Assembly: GCA_963752285.1 (NCBI GenBank)
Contig: CAVVXN010000005.1
Coordinates: forward strand, 640,001 to 704,000
Reading direction: 5' to 3'
Length of the DNA stretch: 64,000 nt
Source of the DNA: an uncultured Planctomycetota bacterium
Lineage (GTDB): Bacteria; Planctomycetota; PLA2; JAEUHO01
Shown piece by piece: positions 20,848-31,014 of this stretch. The notes under the pieces were generated by a model. That model searched no databases. It saw only the letters and a program-made list of their open reading frames with translations, and was not told where the DNA came from. The stretch's first letter is position 1. Each line of letters starts with the position of its first letter. Both the position numbers and the translations under genes were made by a program.

Positions 20848-21699
20848 CTACGCGAAGCGGATCATGGCCGAGCGGGCGTGGAGGCGGTACCCGATTCGCT
20901 GGTAGATGGCGTTCGACGTCGGGTTCGCGAGGTCCGTGTAGAGGAAGCAGAATCGGTGGCCCCGCTCGAGGAGGGAACGGCTGACCGCGGCGACCAACGC
21001 GGTCCCGTAGCCCCGGCGGCGCTCGGCCGGCGGCGTGTAGACGGGACCGATGCGGACGCCGTGGGGCGTCGGGCTCCCGAACCCGACGAGACACGTCGGC
21101 GCCTCGGTCTCCCAGACCCCGTAGCCCCGGTCGCGGCTCGCCGAGAGCATCTGCGCGAGACGCCGCCGCGTGTCGTCCTCGTCGAAGGGGAGGTCGGGCA
21201 TCGCCTCCTTCGCGAAGTCGCGCGTCCAGGCGAGGATCCACGCGAGGTCGTGGGGGACCGCGGCGCGCATCCTCCCCGCCGGGAGGGGGACGTCGTCCAC
21301 CGCCTCCAGCCGGTAGATGCCCTGGTCCTGACGCGCCGCGACCACGAGACCCGTCCGCGGTCCGTGCACACGCACGAGCTCCTCGACCTCCGGCAGGCCG
21401 CCGACGACGCCAGGGAGGACTTCCGCGTCCGCCACGAGGCGGGCGGAGAGCGCGTCGAGCGCCTCGGGATCGCGAGGGGCCGCGAGCACCAACAGGTGCG
21501 GCGGTGTGCGGAGCGCGGCACCGACCACCCGGTCGCCGTCCTGGACCGACCAGAGCCGATAGGCCGGGTGAACAGCCGGTCGCTCGACCAGCGTGCCGAG
21601 CAGGCCGAGGAAGAGGTTGTGTCGCGTCTCGTCCTCGAGCACGAGGTCCGCGACGCGCTCTCGGAACGCGGCGGGGTCGAGGTGCCGTTCCACGTCCAC
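20848..21699 (-). CDS. GNAT family N-acetyltransferase
   Basis: RIGPVYTPPAERRRGYG, FLYTDLANPTSNAIYQRIGY. Confidence 0.93.
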   Translation of the reverse strand: MDVERHLDPAAFRERVADLVLEDETRHNLFLGLLGTLVERPAVHPAYRLWSVQDGDRVVGAALRTPPHLLVLAAPRDPEALDALSARLVADAEVLPGVVGGLPEVEELVRVHGPRTGLVVAARQDQGIYRLEAVDDVPLPAGRMRAAVPHDLAWILAWTRDFAKEAMPDLPFDEDDTRRRLAQMLSASRDRGYGVWETEAPTCLVGFGSPTPHGVRIGPVYTPPAERRRGYGTALVAAVSRSLLERGHRFCFLYTDLANPTSNAIYQRIGYRLHARSAMIRFA

Positions 21700-21753
21700 G
21701 CGGCGAGTCTACCCGGGTTGGCGAACGCGCGACGCGCGCCGTGCGCGCGCGCC

Positions 21754-22584
21754 TCACGCGGCGTAGTGCCGTTCGGCGGGCGTCGTCTGCAACCGAACGA
21801 CGCGGCCGTCCGGGTCGAGGAGGCGAAGCGTCTGTGCGCCGTCCGGCGCGACGTCGGCGCCCGGCGCGCCGAGCCCGCGCTGGGCCCGGACCGTGGCGAT
21901 CCGCGAGACGTGGCCCCCGCGGACCGCGAGCGTGTCGACGCCGCCCGAAGAGAGCGTCACGCATGTCGAGCACAGCCGGCGTCCGGGCACGGGGACGTGG
22001 TCCCGGCGCGCCAGCACGACCCCCGCGTCGGGGCGCGCCACGTCCACCCGGAGCAACCCGAGCGGCTCGTAGAACGCCCCCGACGCCGCCACGTCCCGGT
22101 ACGCGAGCGACCACGACAGGTTCCCGAGGTCCAGCCCGGTCTCGGCGCGGTCGCCCTCTAGAGGCCCGGATCGCCCGCCACCGGCCGGATAGCGCGCCGT
22201 CTCCTCGGCCGTCGCGTCGAAGTACACCGTCATGTCGAAGTACACCGTCGTGTCGAAGGACACGGAGCGCCCGTCGGGATCGAGGACCTCGAGGCTCCGC
22301 TTGGTCTCGTCCCGAACCACGAGTCCGCGCGCGACGAGGGCGGCCCGCACCTCTCGGAGGTCGCCGCCGCGGAAGTTCAAGAGGTCCTTCGGGATGTGTC
22401 CCTCGAAGAGGTGGATCTCGCGCGGGCCGTTCCGGAGCATCGCCCACCCGTTCCCGGGGTCACCGCCGTACCGGGCGAGGTCGAGGCGCGCGTGGAAGTC
22501 GAGGGCCGCCGAGAGCTCGTGGACCGCGAGGGAGGGAACCAGCCAGCCCAGCGGAGGCCGCTCGGACGGGTGGATCGTCGCCAT
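21754..22584 (-). CDS. VOC/glyoxalase family protein with two domains
   Basis: SLAVHELSAALDF...LDPDGR and SLAYRDVAASGAFYEPLG...LLDPDGR. Confidence 0.7.
   Translation of the reverse strand: MATIHPSERPPLGWLVPSLAVHELSAALDFHARLDLARYGGDPGNGWAMLRNGPREIHLFEGHIPKDLLNFRGGDLREVRAALVARGLVVRDETKRSLEVLDPDGRSVSFDTTVYFDMTVYFDATAEETARYPAGGGRSGPLEGDRAETGLDLGNLSWSLAYRDVAASGAFYEPLGLLRVDVARPDAGVVLARRDHVPVPGRRLCSTCVTLSSGGVDTLAVRGGHVSRIATVRAQRGLGAPGADVAPDGAQTLRLLDPDGRVVRLQTTPAERHYAA
22216..22258. repeat. 18-bp in-frame tandem duplication (about 2.4 copies)
   Basis: GTCGAAGTACACCGTCAT GTCGAAGTACACCGTCGT GTCGAAG, encoding FDTTVYFDMTVYFD on the minus strand. Confidence 0.9.
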
Positions 22585-22648
22585 CGTCACCCCCCGCGCG
22601 TATTCTCCGTGCGCGGGTGGGGGGCGTCCCCCGGGTAGATTCACGCGG

Positions 22649-23857
22649 ATGACGGGCGCCGTCCTCGCGGTCTTCCTCGTCGTGTACCTGGGGATGTTCC
22701 TCGGCGGCTTCCCGGGCCTCGCCCTCGACCGGACCGGCGTGGCGCTCCTCGGGGCGATCGCGCTGGTCGTGATGGGGGCGGTCGGACCCGAGGAGGCCCG
22801 CGCCGCGATCGACGTTCCGACGATCTCCCTGCTCTTCTCACTGATGGTGGTGTCGGCGCAGCTCCGGCTCGGGGGCTTCTACGCGCGCGTGACGGAACGC
22901 CTCGCGACCGCGCGCCTCGGCGCGCCCGCGCTGCTGGCCCTGCTCTGCGCGGCGGTGGGCGTGCTGTCGGCGGTGCTCGCGAACGACGTCGTGTGCCTCG
23001 CGACGGCCCCCGTGCTCGTGGAGGGCACGGCGCGGCGAGCCCTCGACCCGGTGCCCTTCCTGCTCGGCCTGGCGGCGTCGGCGAACGTCGGTTCGGCGGC
23101 CACGCTGATCGGGAACCCGCAGAACATGCTCGTCGGCCAGACGCTCCGCCTCTCGTTCGGCGCCTACTTCCTCGACGCGCTGGTTCCGGCGGTCGCGGGG
23201 CTCGTGGTGGTCTGGGGGGTTCTCGTCTTCCTCTACCGCGGACGCTGGCGACGTCCGACGGAGGTCGCCACGGTCGAACGTCCGCCCTTCGACGCCTGGC
23301 AAACGGCGAAGGGCCTCTCCCTCGCCGTGACCCTCGTGGTCGTGTTCGTAACGCTTCCGTGGCCGCGCGAGATCCCGGCCCTCGCCGTCGCGGGTCTGCT
23401 GCTGCTCAGTCGCAAGATGGCCTCGCGGCGCGTCCTCGCCCTGGTGGACTGGCAGCTCCTCGTGCTCTTCGCGGGGCTGTTCGTGGTGAACCACGCGCTG
23501 TCCGCGACCGGCGTCGTGAAGGAGGCCCTCCACGCGACAGCGGCCGCGGGGGTACCCCTCGCGTCGCCTCCCGTCCTGTTCGGCGCGGTGGTCGTGCTCT
23601 CGAACCTCGTGTCGAACGTGCCGGCGGTCATGCTCCTCTTGCCCGCGGCCACGCACCCGGACGCCGGCGCGGTGCTCGCGCTCGCCTCGACGCTCGCCGG
23701 AAACCTCCTGCTCGTGGGGAGCATCGCGAACCTGATCGTCGCCGAGCAGGCGGCGCGTCTCGGCGTCCGCCTCGGTTGGCGGACGCACGCGCGGGCGGGC
23801 GTCCCGATCACCCTCCTCACGCTGGCGCTCGCGGCGCTCTGGCTCGCCCTCCGATGA
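22649..23857 (+). CDS. ArsB/NhaD/SLC13-superfamily anion permease
   Basis: DRTGVALLGA, LANDVVCL, SANVGSAATLIGNPQN, SNLVSNVPA, STLAGNL..GSIANLIV. Confidence 0.9.
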   Translation: MTGAVLAVFLVVYLGMFLGGFPGLALDRTGVALLGAIALVVMGAVGPEEARAAIDVPTISLLFSLMVVSAQLRLGGFYARVTERLATARLGAPALLALLCAAVGVLSAVLANDVVCLATAPVLVEGTARRALDPVPFLLGLAASANVGSAATLIGNPQNMLVGQTLRLSFGAYFLDALVPAVAGLVVVWGVLVFLYRGRWRRPTEVATVERPPFDAWQTAKGLSLAVTLVVVFVTLPWPREIPALAVAGLLLLSRKMASRRVLALVDWQLLVLFAGLFVVNHALSATGVVKEALHATAAAGVPLASPPVLFGAVVVLSNLVSNVPAVMLLLPAATHPDAGAVLALASTLAGNLLLVGSIANLIVAEQAARLGVRLGWRTHARAGVPITLLTLALAALWLALR

Positions 23858-24107
23858 GCCCGGCGCCGGCATCGGCCGCGTCGTGGGCCGCGCGGCAGAG
23901 GTCCGGGGGTCCGCCGGCGGTAGGGTGGTCGTCCCTCGTGAGGCCGTCCCCGAACCCCCGTCCGCCGATCCCGTCGCGCATCCCGGGCCCCGCGCCCGCG
24001 GGCCGCGCCGCCCCGGTCGCGATCGTGCCCGGCCGGGGAGGGCGACCGCCGGCGCCGGACGTCCGCGCGGCCCTCTCGGGACGGCCGCCGTCCTTCCGGT
24101 GAGGCCC

Positions 24108-25313
24108 ATGCCGGCCCTTCGACGCCTGTCGGCCCTCGTCCGGTCGTGGCCCGTCGAGACGTTCGCCGTCGTCCTCGTCCCGGGCATGTTCGCCGTCGCC
24201 ATCGTCGTGGCGACGCCCGGGGCGCTCGACGCGGCGCGCGCGGTCGGGGTCCACTTCGTCGCGCTCCAGTTCTTCTTCGCGGGCTCGTTCTTCGCGCTGT
24301 TCCTGATGGCCGTGTACGCGTACCTGGCCCTGCGCTTCGTCGTCGAGCTGATCCGCTTCGCGATCGCGCCCGACCGGACGGCCCGGAAGGCCGTCACGCG
24401 CTCGGCGGGGTCGCTCGCGGCGAGCGGGCTCTACCTCGTCTTCCTGCTCGGCGGCGGCGCGATCGTCTCGTTCCTCCTGCTCGGCCCCCTCTCCATGACG
24501 GATCCCGCCCGGATCCGGGCCGCGAGCGACCGGATGATGGCCTGGGACCACGCGCTCTTCGGCGTCTATCCGCCCCTCTGGCTGGCGCACCTCCGGGCCG
24601 GGTGGATCGCCTGGATCCTCGTACACGCGTACCACCTCCTCACGCGAATGACGTCGATGTGGATGTTCGTGCTCCTGTTCGCGAGCACGCGGCTCTTTCG
24701 GCGATTCGTGCTCTCGTTCTTCCTCGCCTCGACGCTCGCCGTGCCCCTCTGGTACCTGTTCCCCGGCGGGAGCCCGCAGGACGTGTACTGGGACGACGTG
24801 CTCGGGGGCGAAACGCCCGCCGAGATCCAGGCCTCGACGCCGGACCGCGCCGACGTCGCGCCCATCCTCGCGCGCTACCTCGAGAGCATGCGGGGGTACT
24901 GGAGCGACCCCGCGCGCGGGCGCTTCGGCGTCACGTCGTTCCCCAGCATGCACGCCGCGTGGGGCGCGATCATCGTCTACTTCGCGTTCCTGCTCTGGTG
25001 GCCGCTCGGGCTCGTCCTCGCGCCGTGGGGTCTCACGAACCTCGTCGCGACCGTGTACACGCAGCAGCACTACGCGGTGGACCCGATGGCGGGCCTGCTC
25101 CTCGCCGCCGTGGCGATCGCCCTCGCCCACGCCCTCGTCCGGTGGGACGAGCGGCGGCCGACCGCCGGACGACGGCTCTTCGCCGTGGCGGACACGGCCC
25201 AGGCGGACGTGCGGCGGCTCCTCGGTCGGCCAGGCCGGCCGGCTGCCGCGCCCGGGCCGACGCCTCCGTCGCCGCCCGGCGCGGCGCCGCGGGCGGGCCG
25301 GTTCGGCCCCTGA
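24108..25313 (+). CDS. PAP2-superfamily membrane phosphatase/phosphotransferase
   Basis: FPSMHAAW and QHYAVD motifs, multiple TM helices. Confidence 0.85.
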   Translation: MPALRRLSALVRSWPVETFAVVLVPGMFAVAIVVATPGALDAARAVGVHFVALQFFFAGSFFALFLMAVYAYLALRFVVELIRFAIAPDRTARKAVTRSAGSLAASGLYLVFLLGGGAIVSFLLLGPLSMTDPARIRAASDRMMAWDHALFGVYPPLWLAHLRAGWIAWILVHAYHLLTRMTSMWMFVLLFASTRLFRRFVLSFFLASTLAVPLWYLFPGGSPQDVYWDDVLGGETPAEIQASTPDRADVAPILARYLESMRGYWSDPARGRFGVTSFPSMHAAWGAIIVYFAFLLWWPLGLVLAPWGLTNLVATVYTQQHYAVDPMAGLLLAAVAIALAHALVRWDERRPTAGRRLFAVADTAQADVRRLLGRPGRPAAAPGPTPPSPPGAAPRAGRFGP

Positions 25314-25337
25314 GCCACCGGGACTTGCCGGCGCCTC

Positions 25338-25359
25338 GCCATTTGATATTTCTAGAACG
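25338..25359 (+). promoter_or_regulatory. AT-rich probable ArsR operator/promoter
   Basis: ATTTGATATTTCTAGAACG abutting the arsR ATG in an otherwise very GC-rich context; ArsR proteins typically autorepress at this position. Confidence 0.5.
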
Positions 25360-25728
25360 ATGGAAACGAGAGCCGCGGTCGAGGCCCTGCGGGCGCTGGC
25401 GCACGGGTCGCGGCTGGCCGTGTTCCGACGCCTCGTCGCGGAGGGGCCCGCCGGGCTCCCCGCGGGCGCGATCGCCGAGGCCCTCGACCTACCGGGGCCG
25501 ACTCTGTCGTTCCACCTGGCCCAGCTCGTACAGGGCGGGCTCGTCTGGTCGAGGCGGGAGGGACGTCAGGTGATCTACGGCGTGGACGTCGGCGGCGTCG
25601 GCGCGCTCGTCGGCTTCCTGACGAACGACTGCTGTGGGGGACGCGCCGAGCTCTGTGGGCTCGGACCGCGCACCGCCGCTCCGACGCCGAAGCCGCGTCG
25701 CGCGAGACGCACCCGGGCGCCGCGCTGA
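25360..25728 (+). CDS. arsR: ArsR/SmtB family transcriptional repressor
   Basis: ALRALAHGSRLAVF..LV, TLSFHLAQL..GGLV, C-terminal FLTNDCCGG Cys pair. Confidence 0.9.
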   Translation: METRAAVEALRALAHGSRLAVFRRLVAEGPAGLPAGAIAEALDLPGPTLSFHLAQLVQGGLVWSRREGRQVIYGVDVGGVGALVGFLTNDCCGGRAELCGLGPRTAAPTPKPRRARRTRAPR

Positions 25729-25759
25729 CCGGCGCTCCGGGACCCGAAGGGAGATCGAG

Positions 25760-26221
25760 ATGGCGAAGCAGAACGTGCTCTTCCTCTGCACCGGCAACTC
25801 GGCGAGGAGCCAGATGGCCGAGGCGCTCCTCCGGTCCCTCGGGGGCGACCGTTTCGAGGCGTACTCCGCGGGCGTCGAGCCGAAGGGCCTCCACCCGCTC
25901 GCGATCCAGGCCATGGACGAGGTCGGGATCGACATCCGCGGCCAGCGCTCGAAGGGTCTCGGCGCGTACCTGGGCCGCCTCTACGTGCACCAGCTGATCA
26001 CCGTGTGCGACGACGCGGCGGCGCGGTGTCCCACGGCGTGGCCCAACTTGAACCACCGCGAGCACTGGAGCGTCGCGGACCCCGCCCGCGCGGAGGGCGC
26101 AGAGACCCCGCGCCTCGAGGCGTTTCGCGCCGCGCGGGACGAGCTCCGCGCGCGGATCGAGGCGTGGCTCGCGGCCCACCCGGCCGTGTCGAAGAGCGCC
26201 CCGACGCCCCGCGGCGCATGA
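25760..26221 (+). CDS. arsC: Arsenate reductase, LMW-PTP/thioredoxin type
   Basis: VLFLCTGNSARSQMAE, ITVC....ARCP, HWSVADP. Confidence 0.9.
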   Translation: MAKQNVLFLCTGNSARSQMAEALLRSLGGDRFEAYSAGVEPKGLHPLAIQAMDEVGIDIRGQRSKGLGAYLGRLYVHQLITVCDDAAARCPTAWPNLNHREHWSVADPARAEGAETPRLEAFRAARDELRARIEAWLAAHPAVSKSAPTPRGA

Positions 26222-26504
26222 CGCGCGGGTCGCGGCGGCGGGCTTCCCGGCGACGTGGCGTCCCTCCGTGCGCGCACCGCGATCGGCCGCGTGTCGGGAT
26301 CGACGAGCGGATCCTCGACGGACTCGGCTGGCATCCCCCGCGAAGGCGCGGGCCGGCGTGGAGGCGCGAGACGTCGATGAAGGGCTTCGCGTCGGGATGT
26401 CGCGGACTCGCGTGGCGCGGTCACGGCTCGGGCTCGGAGGGGTCGGGTAGGCTGGCGGCCCGCTCGGCCGCGCGGGGCCGGGGAACCCGAAGGGCATCCG
26501 ATCC

Positions 26505-27746
26505 GTGGCGAAGCGCGTGGTCGTGGTCGCGTTCCTGGTCTACGCGGCCGTGGCCGTCGCGACGGGCCGCTATCTGAACGAGCGGGACAGCGAGCCGCGT
26601 CTCGGCGCCGCGCGTCTCGCGGCGGGAGGCGACCTCACCTGGCTGCTCCACCCGTGGCACAAGCCCGTGCTGACGACGCTCGCCGCGGGCGTGATCGCCC
26701 TCGGGGGCGGCGTCGTCGGCGTGAAGGTAGTCCAAGGCGCGCTCGCCGCGGCCGCGCTCGGCCTCGCCGCGGCGGCGGCCGCGCGGTGGGGGGCCCGACG
26801 CTCCTCCGTCCTCCTGGCGGTCGTCCTCGCGGGCCTCGGGCCGTTCTGGCTCCGCGGCGTCGTCTCGGCGCTCACCGAGACCTCGTGCGCGTTCTTCCTC
26901 GCCCTGGCCCTCTGGCTCTGGTCGGAGGACCGGCCCCTCCTCTCCGCGCTCGCGATCTCGTGTTCGTTCCTCGCGCGTTTCGACGGGCTCCTCTTCGCGA
27001 TGGCATGGGCGCCCTTCCTCGTCCAGCGCCGGCGCTGGCTCGGCGTGCTCCTGCTCGGCGCCGCGCCGCTCGCGTGGAACCTGGCCGGCTGGGCCACGAC
27101 GGGCGACCCGGGGTTCCTCCTCACGCACGAGCCGCACCCGGTGACGGGTTCGCCGTACGGCCACGGATCGTTCCTCGATGTCCCCGCGCTGCTGCCCGTC
27201 ACGCTCGGCTTCGTCCTCCTGCCCGCGCTCCTCGGCGTGCGGCGCGCGCCGCGGATCGCGCTCGCGGCCGCGGGTGTCGCGATCCTCGGCCACACGATCC
27301 TGTGGGGGTTCGGGCTGATGGGCTCGCTCGGGATGCCTCGGTACCTCGTGACGATCGCGCCCGCGGCGCTCGTCGTGGCGGCGTTCGGCGTGGACCGCCT
27401 CGCGAGGTCGCTCCGCGTCGCGACCGTCGCGCTCGCCCTCCTCGCGGGCCTGGCGACGCTCGCCTACCGCGAGATCGAATGGCGCGGCGCCGTGCGCCTC
27501 GCGACCTGGCCCCAGGCGTTGACGGAGGACCCGCTCGTCGCGCGCTTGAACGGCGGCGGACCGCGACTCTCGACGTGGCGCGACGCGAAGCCCGGCGCGT
27601 ACGTCCTGTGGGAGTCGGTGTGGACCGCGCCCGAGGTGTTCGAGGCGATCCCCGCGACGCGCCTCGAGCTCGTCGCGACCCTGGAGGAACCCGCGCGCTG
27701 GCCGTGGGAGAAGGACTGGACCGGCCGTGTCTACCGCCTGCGTTGA
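26505..27746 (+). CDS. Polytopic membrane protein, probable GT-C glycosyltransferase
   Basis: Early loop acidic pair (NERDSE), HKP, ALTETS, LARFDG and MPRYL motifs; many TM helices. Confidence 0.6.
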   Translation: MAKRVVVVAFLVYAAVAVATGRYLNERDSEPRLGAARLAAGGDLTWLLHPWHKPVLTTLAAGVIALGGGVVGVKVVQGALAAAALGLAAAAAARWGARRSSVLLAVVLAGLGPFWLRGVVSALTETSCAFFLALALWLWSEDRPLLSALAISCSFLARFDGLLFAMAWAPFLVQRRRWLGVLLLGAAPLAWNLAGWATTGDPGFLLTHEPHPVTGSPYGHGSFLDVPALLPVTLGFVLLPALLGVRRAPRIALAAAGVAILGHTILWGFGLMGSLGMPRYLVTIAPAALVVAAFGVDRLARSLRVATVALALLAGLATLAYREIEWRGAVRLATWPQALTEDPLVARLNGGGPRLSTWRDAKPGAYVLWESVWTAPEVFEAIPATRLELVATLEEPARWPWEKDWTGRVYRLR

Positions 27747-27809
27747 GCTCGGGCCCCGGTCACCTCCCGGCGCGGACGGGTCGGGCGTCGCGGCCGAGCG
27801 CCGCGCGGG

Positions 27810-28181
27810 TCACGGGAGCGCGCGGTCGCGACCGTGGAGCGCCACCGCCCCCACGGCCAGCGCGACGGCGGCGAGGACGAGATACGGCCCCCAGGCGCCC
27901 ACCCCGACGAGCGCGGCGCCGGCGGCGAAGAGCGTGAGCGCCGGGAAGAGCACCCACGAGAGCGTGCGCGTGCGCATCATCCACACGCCCGCGAGCGGGG
28001 CGATCCCGAGCAGGCCCAGTCCCAGCCACTGCCGGATCCAGCGGACCGCCGTCTCGACCGACGCCTCGACCTGCTGAACTTCCTCGGGAGAGCGATACCG
28101 GCCCACGTCGGACGAGATCGCCGCCAGGGCGAACACCGCGGCGCCGAGCAGGACGAAGAACAGCCACACCGCACGACCCAT
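27810..28181 (-). CDS. Small membrane protein (about 4 TM)
   Basis: GGAGG SD, MGRAVWLFFVLLGAAVFALAA..., several hydrophobic helices. Confidence 0.7.
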   Translation of the reverse strand: MGRAVWLFFVLLGAAVFALAAISSDVGRYRSPEEVQQVEASVETAVRWIRQWLGLGLLGIAPLAGVWMMRTRTLSWVLFPALTLFAAGAALVGVGAWGPYLVLAAVALAVGAVALHGRDRALP

Positions 28182-28210
28182 CGGACCTCCCTTACGGCGT
28201 CTCTCTCGGC

Positions 28211-30744
28211 TCAACGGAGCGCGCGACCGTCGCGGTAGCGGGTCAGCTCGTCCCGGAGGGCGGCGCCGAGCCGGGGGTCCTTCGACCCCGCGCCCGCGAG
28301 GGCCCGCTCGGCGGTGCGGGCCGCGTCCAGGAAGTGCCCGGCGGACGCCTGCGCGGCCGCGAGCGCCCGAAGCGCGCCGACGTCGGCGTAGTGGGTGATC
28401 TCGCACGCCTTCCGGGCGTACTCCATGGCGCGGGCGGGGTCGCGGAGCGCCGCGTCGGGGCACGTCGCGAGCTCGTAGCCCAGGAGCGTCGGAGCGCGAG
28501 GGTCGTCCGGGTTGCGCCGCGCGATGTCGTCCAGCTGGCCGAACGCGTGCGCGAACTCCTGCCGGTCGAGGAAGAGGTGGACCAGGGCCCAGCCGACCTC
28601 GGGATCGGCCGGCACGAGCGTGCGCGCCTGCTCGAGGTGCACGAGCGCGTCGTCCGTCTTCGACTGCGCGAGCAGCGCCAGGCCGTAGTACTTCTGGGCG
28701 GTGAAGAGGCGCGGCGCCAGCTCGACGGCGCGCGCGAGGTGCACGAGCGCGTCGTCCTTGCGTCCGACCTTGTCGAGCGCCACCGCCATCTCGACGTGCA
28801 CCATCGGGGCGCGCTCGCGGATCGAGAGCGCCTGTCGGAAGTGTGCGAGGGCGTCGGGGTAGCGGGCGAGCCGGAGCAGCGAGGCGCCGAGGCCGGCGTG
28901 CGCGCGCGACACGTTCGGGTCCTCCGTCAGCGCCTTCTCGAAGATCGGGACGGCGGCCGCCGCCTCGCCCTTCTCGAGGAGCGCCGACCCCTCCTGGATG
29001 TCCCGGAAGTTCCCGACCGCCGGGATCGTGATGTCCTCGATCGCGTCGGGGGCCGCGTTCAGGAACTCCGGCAGGTTCACCGCGCGGTTGCCGGCGGTCG
29101 AGTTGGGGACGAGCACCGCCGGGGTGTCGTTGCCCTCCTCGTCGAGGTGGGTGAGGAAGAGCTGGGTGAAGGGGGTGTTCGTCTTCGAGGTGAACGCGAG
29201 CCATCGTCCGTTCGGCGAGAAGGTGTGCCACGAGTTCATGACCTCGAGGTTGCATCGCATCTCGCGCGCCGTGCCGCCCTCGAAGGGGACGATCCAGAGG
29301 CGTCCGTCGGGACGGAGCAGCTGGCCGTTCTTGCACTTGGTGAAGACGATCCACCGCCCGTCGGGGGAAACCTTCGGGAAGGTGTTGCTCATGCCGTTTC
29401 GGGAGGCGCCCTCGATCGGGACGGCCTCGCCTCCCTTCCCGCCGGCGAAGGGGATGCGACAGAGGTCGTACTGGATCTGCGGCTCGCGCGGGTCGTTGGG
29501 GTACCGCGCCATCTCCTGTCCGGGGCGGTAGGGGTCGAAGGCGGCCGCGCGGGAGAACACGATCCACTTCCCGTCCGGGCTCCACACGCCGTTCGTGTGG
29601 ACGAACGCCGGGTCGTCGGCGCCGGGCAGCGCCTCGATCCGCCCCGTGTCGCGTGCGTACCAGGCCAGGATGCCGCGCGTCGGGAAGAAGACCTGGACGA
29701 AGCGGTAGTCCTGGAAGTTCGCGACGTAGAGCGACTCGTTCACCGTGGAGACTACCGTCTGGCCGTCCGGCGAGACGCGGGAGAGGAAGCCCAGCGTCAT
29801 CGTGCCCTTCGGCCGTCCCGGGAAGGAGTTCCACGAGAGGATGCGGTCGCGGTCCACGACCATGTGCGAGGCCACGGGGGCCAGCATGTATGCGCCCTTG
29901 TCGCCGTCGGGCCCGTCCACGTCCATGCCCATCGTCTTCCCGTCGCGGGAGAACGAGTGACAGTTCGCGCAGGTGGGCATCTCCCGTAGGACGACCCGGC
30001 TCTCCGGTTTCGACAGGTCTCGGAGGCGCCACCGGATGAGGGGGATCGCGTCGGGGGGAGGGGCTGGACCACGCCTTTCACGTCGGGCGCCGGCATCAGC
30101 GGGACGTCCCGGTAGAACACCGGCGCGCCGATCGGGTCCTTCGAGACGGAGAGGTGGACCACGCCGCGCGAACGCGCGGCGCCCGGCCGGTCCGCGGCGA
30201 ACCCGACGAACGTGACGGTCGCGGTGACGCCCGCGCCGTGGCGCCTCACCTCGCTCCAGATCTCCTCGCTCGGCGTCCAGGAGCGCGCGGAGGCCTGGTA
30301 CGGCGTGGGCGTGTACACCTGGGTGGTCAGCCCGATCGCCTCCTCGTCCACCGAGGGCGCGGGCGGGGGCGGGCCCGTCACGACGACGTCGAGGGCGTCG
30401 CCGTCGGGGAACGCGAGGTCCACGAGCCACGCGTCCGTGTCCTTCGTGTCGTCGTGCCAGAGGAAGGTGGGTGGCACGAGGTCGGGCGGGTAGACGGTCT
30501 CGTCCTTCGGGTAGTCGACGACGACCGTGCCCGCCGGCGGGGTTCCTCTCGCGTCGGACACCATCTTCCGAAGGGCCTGGTCCGCGGGGTCCGAGGAGGC
30601 GTCTGGCAGGCGGCGCTCCGGCGCGATCGCCCCGGCGCGCGCGGAGGCCGGCGACGTGTCGGCCTCGCGCCCGCAGGCGGAGAGCAGGACCAGGAGGGCC
30701 CCGGCGGGGGCGAGGAGAACGGCGGGGAGGCCCGCGAAGCGCAT
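28211..30744 (-). pseudogene. Lipoprotein with CxxCH motif, PD40/TolB-like propeller and TPRs; frameshifted at about 30053-30058
   Basis: The N-half (LLSAC lipobox...KGVVQPLPP) and C-half (DAIPLIRWRL...CANCH, WSPDGKWIVF, VSPDGRWIVF, TPRs) lie in different frames, joined at a C6 run. Confidence 0.85.
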
Positions 30745-31014
30745 CGGCGTACGTGCTCTCGAGGAAGGGGAGGACCGAGGATACGACCGAATCCGCCACC
30801 GCGGGGGAGGGAGGACCGCGCCGGAAACGAAGGCGGCCCGGGCCGGCGAACCGGCCCGGGCCCTACAGGACGACCCGGAGAGGGGTCGCTATGGAGGGGG
30901 GGATCGGGTTGATGGCGTCGGCAGCCGTCTCACGAATCTCGCCAGCTCGGCCGCCGTGTCACCCCTTCCGTGTCGCCCAGGATCACATGCGTCGTTTCGA
31001 TGGAGCCCCGCGGC

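Noticed and set aside
30050..30065. Programmed -1 ribosomal frameshift in the TolB/TPR gene
   Set aside because: No canonical X XXY YYZ slippery site with A/U; a homopolymer indel explains it more simply.
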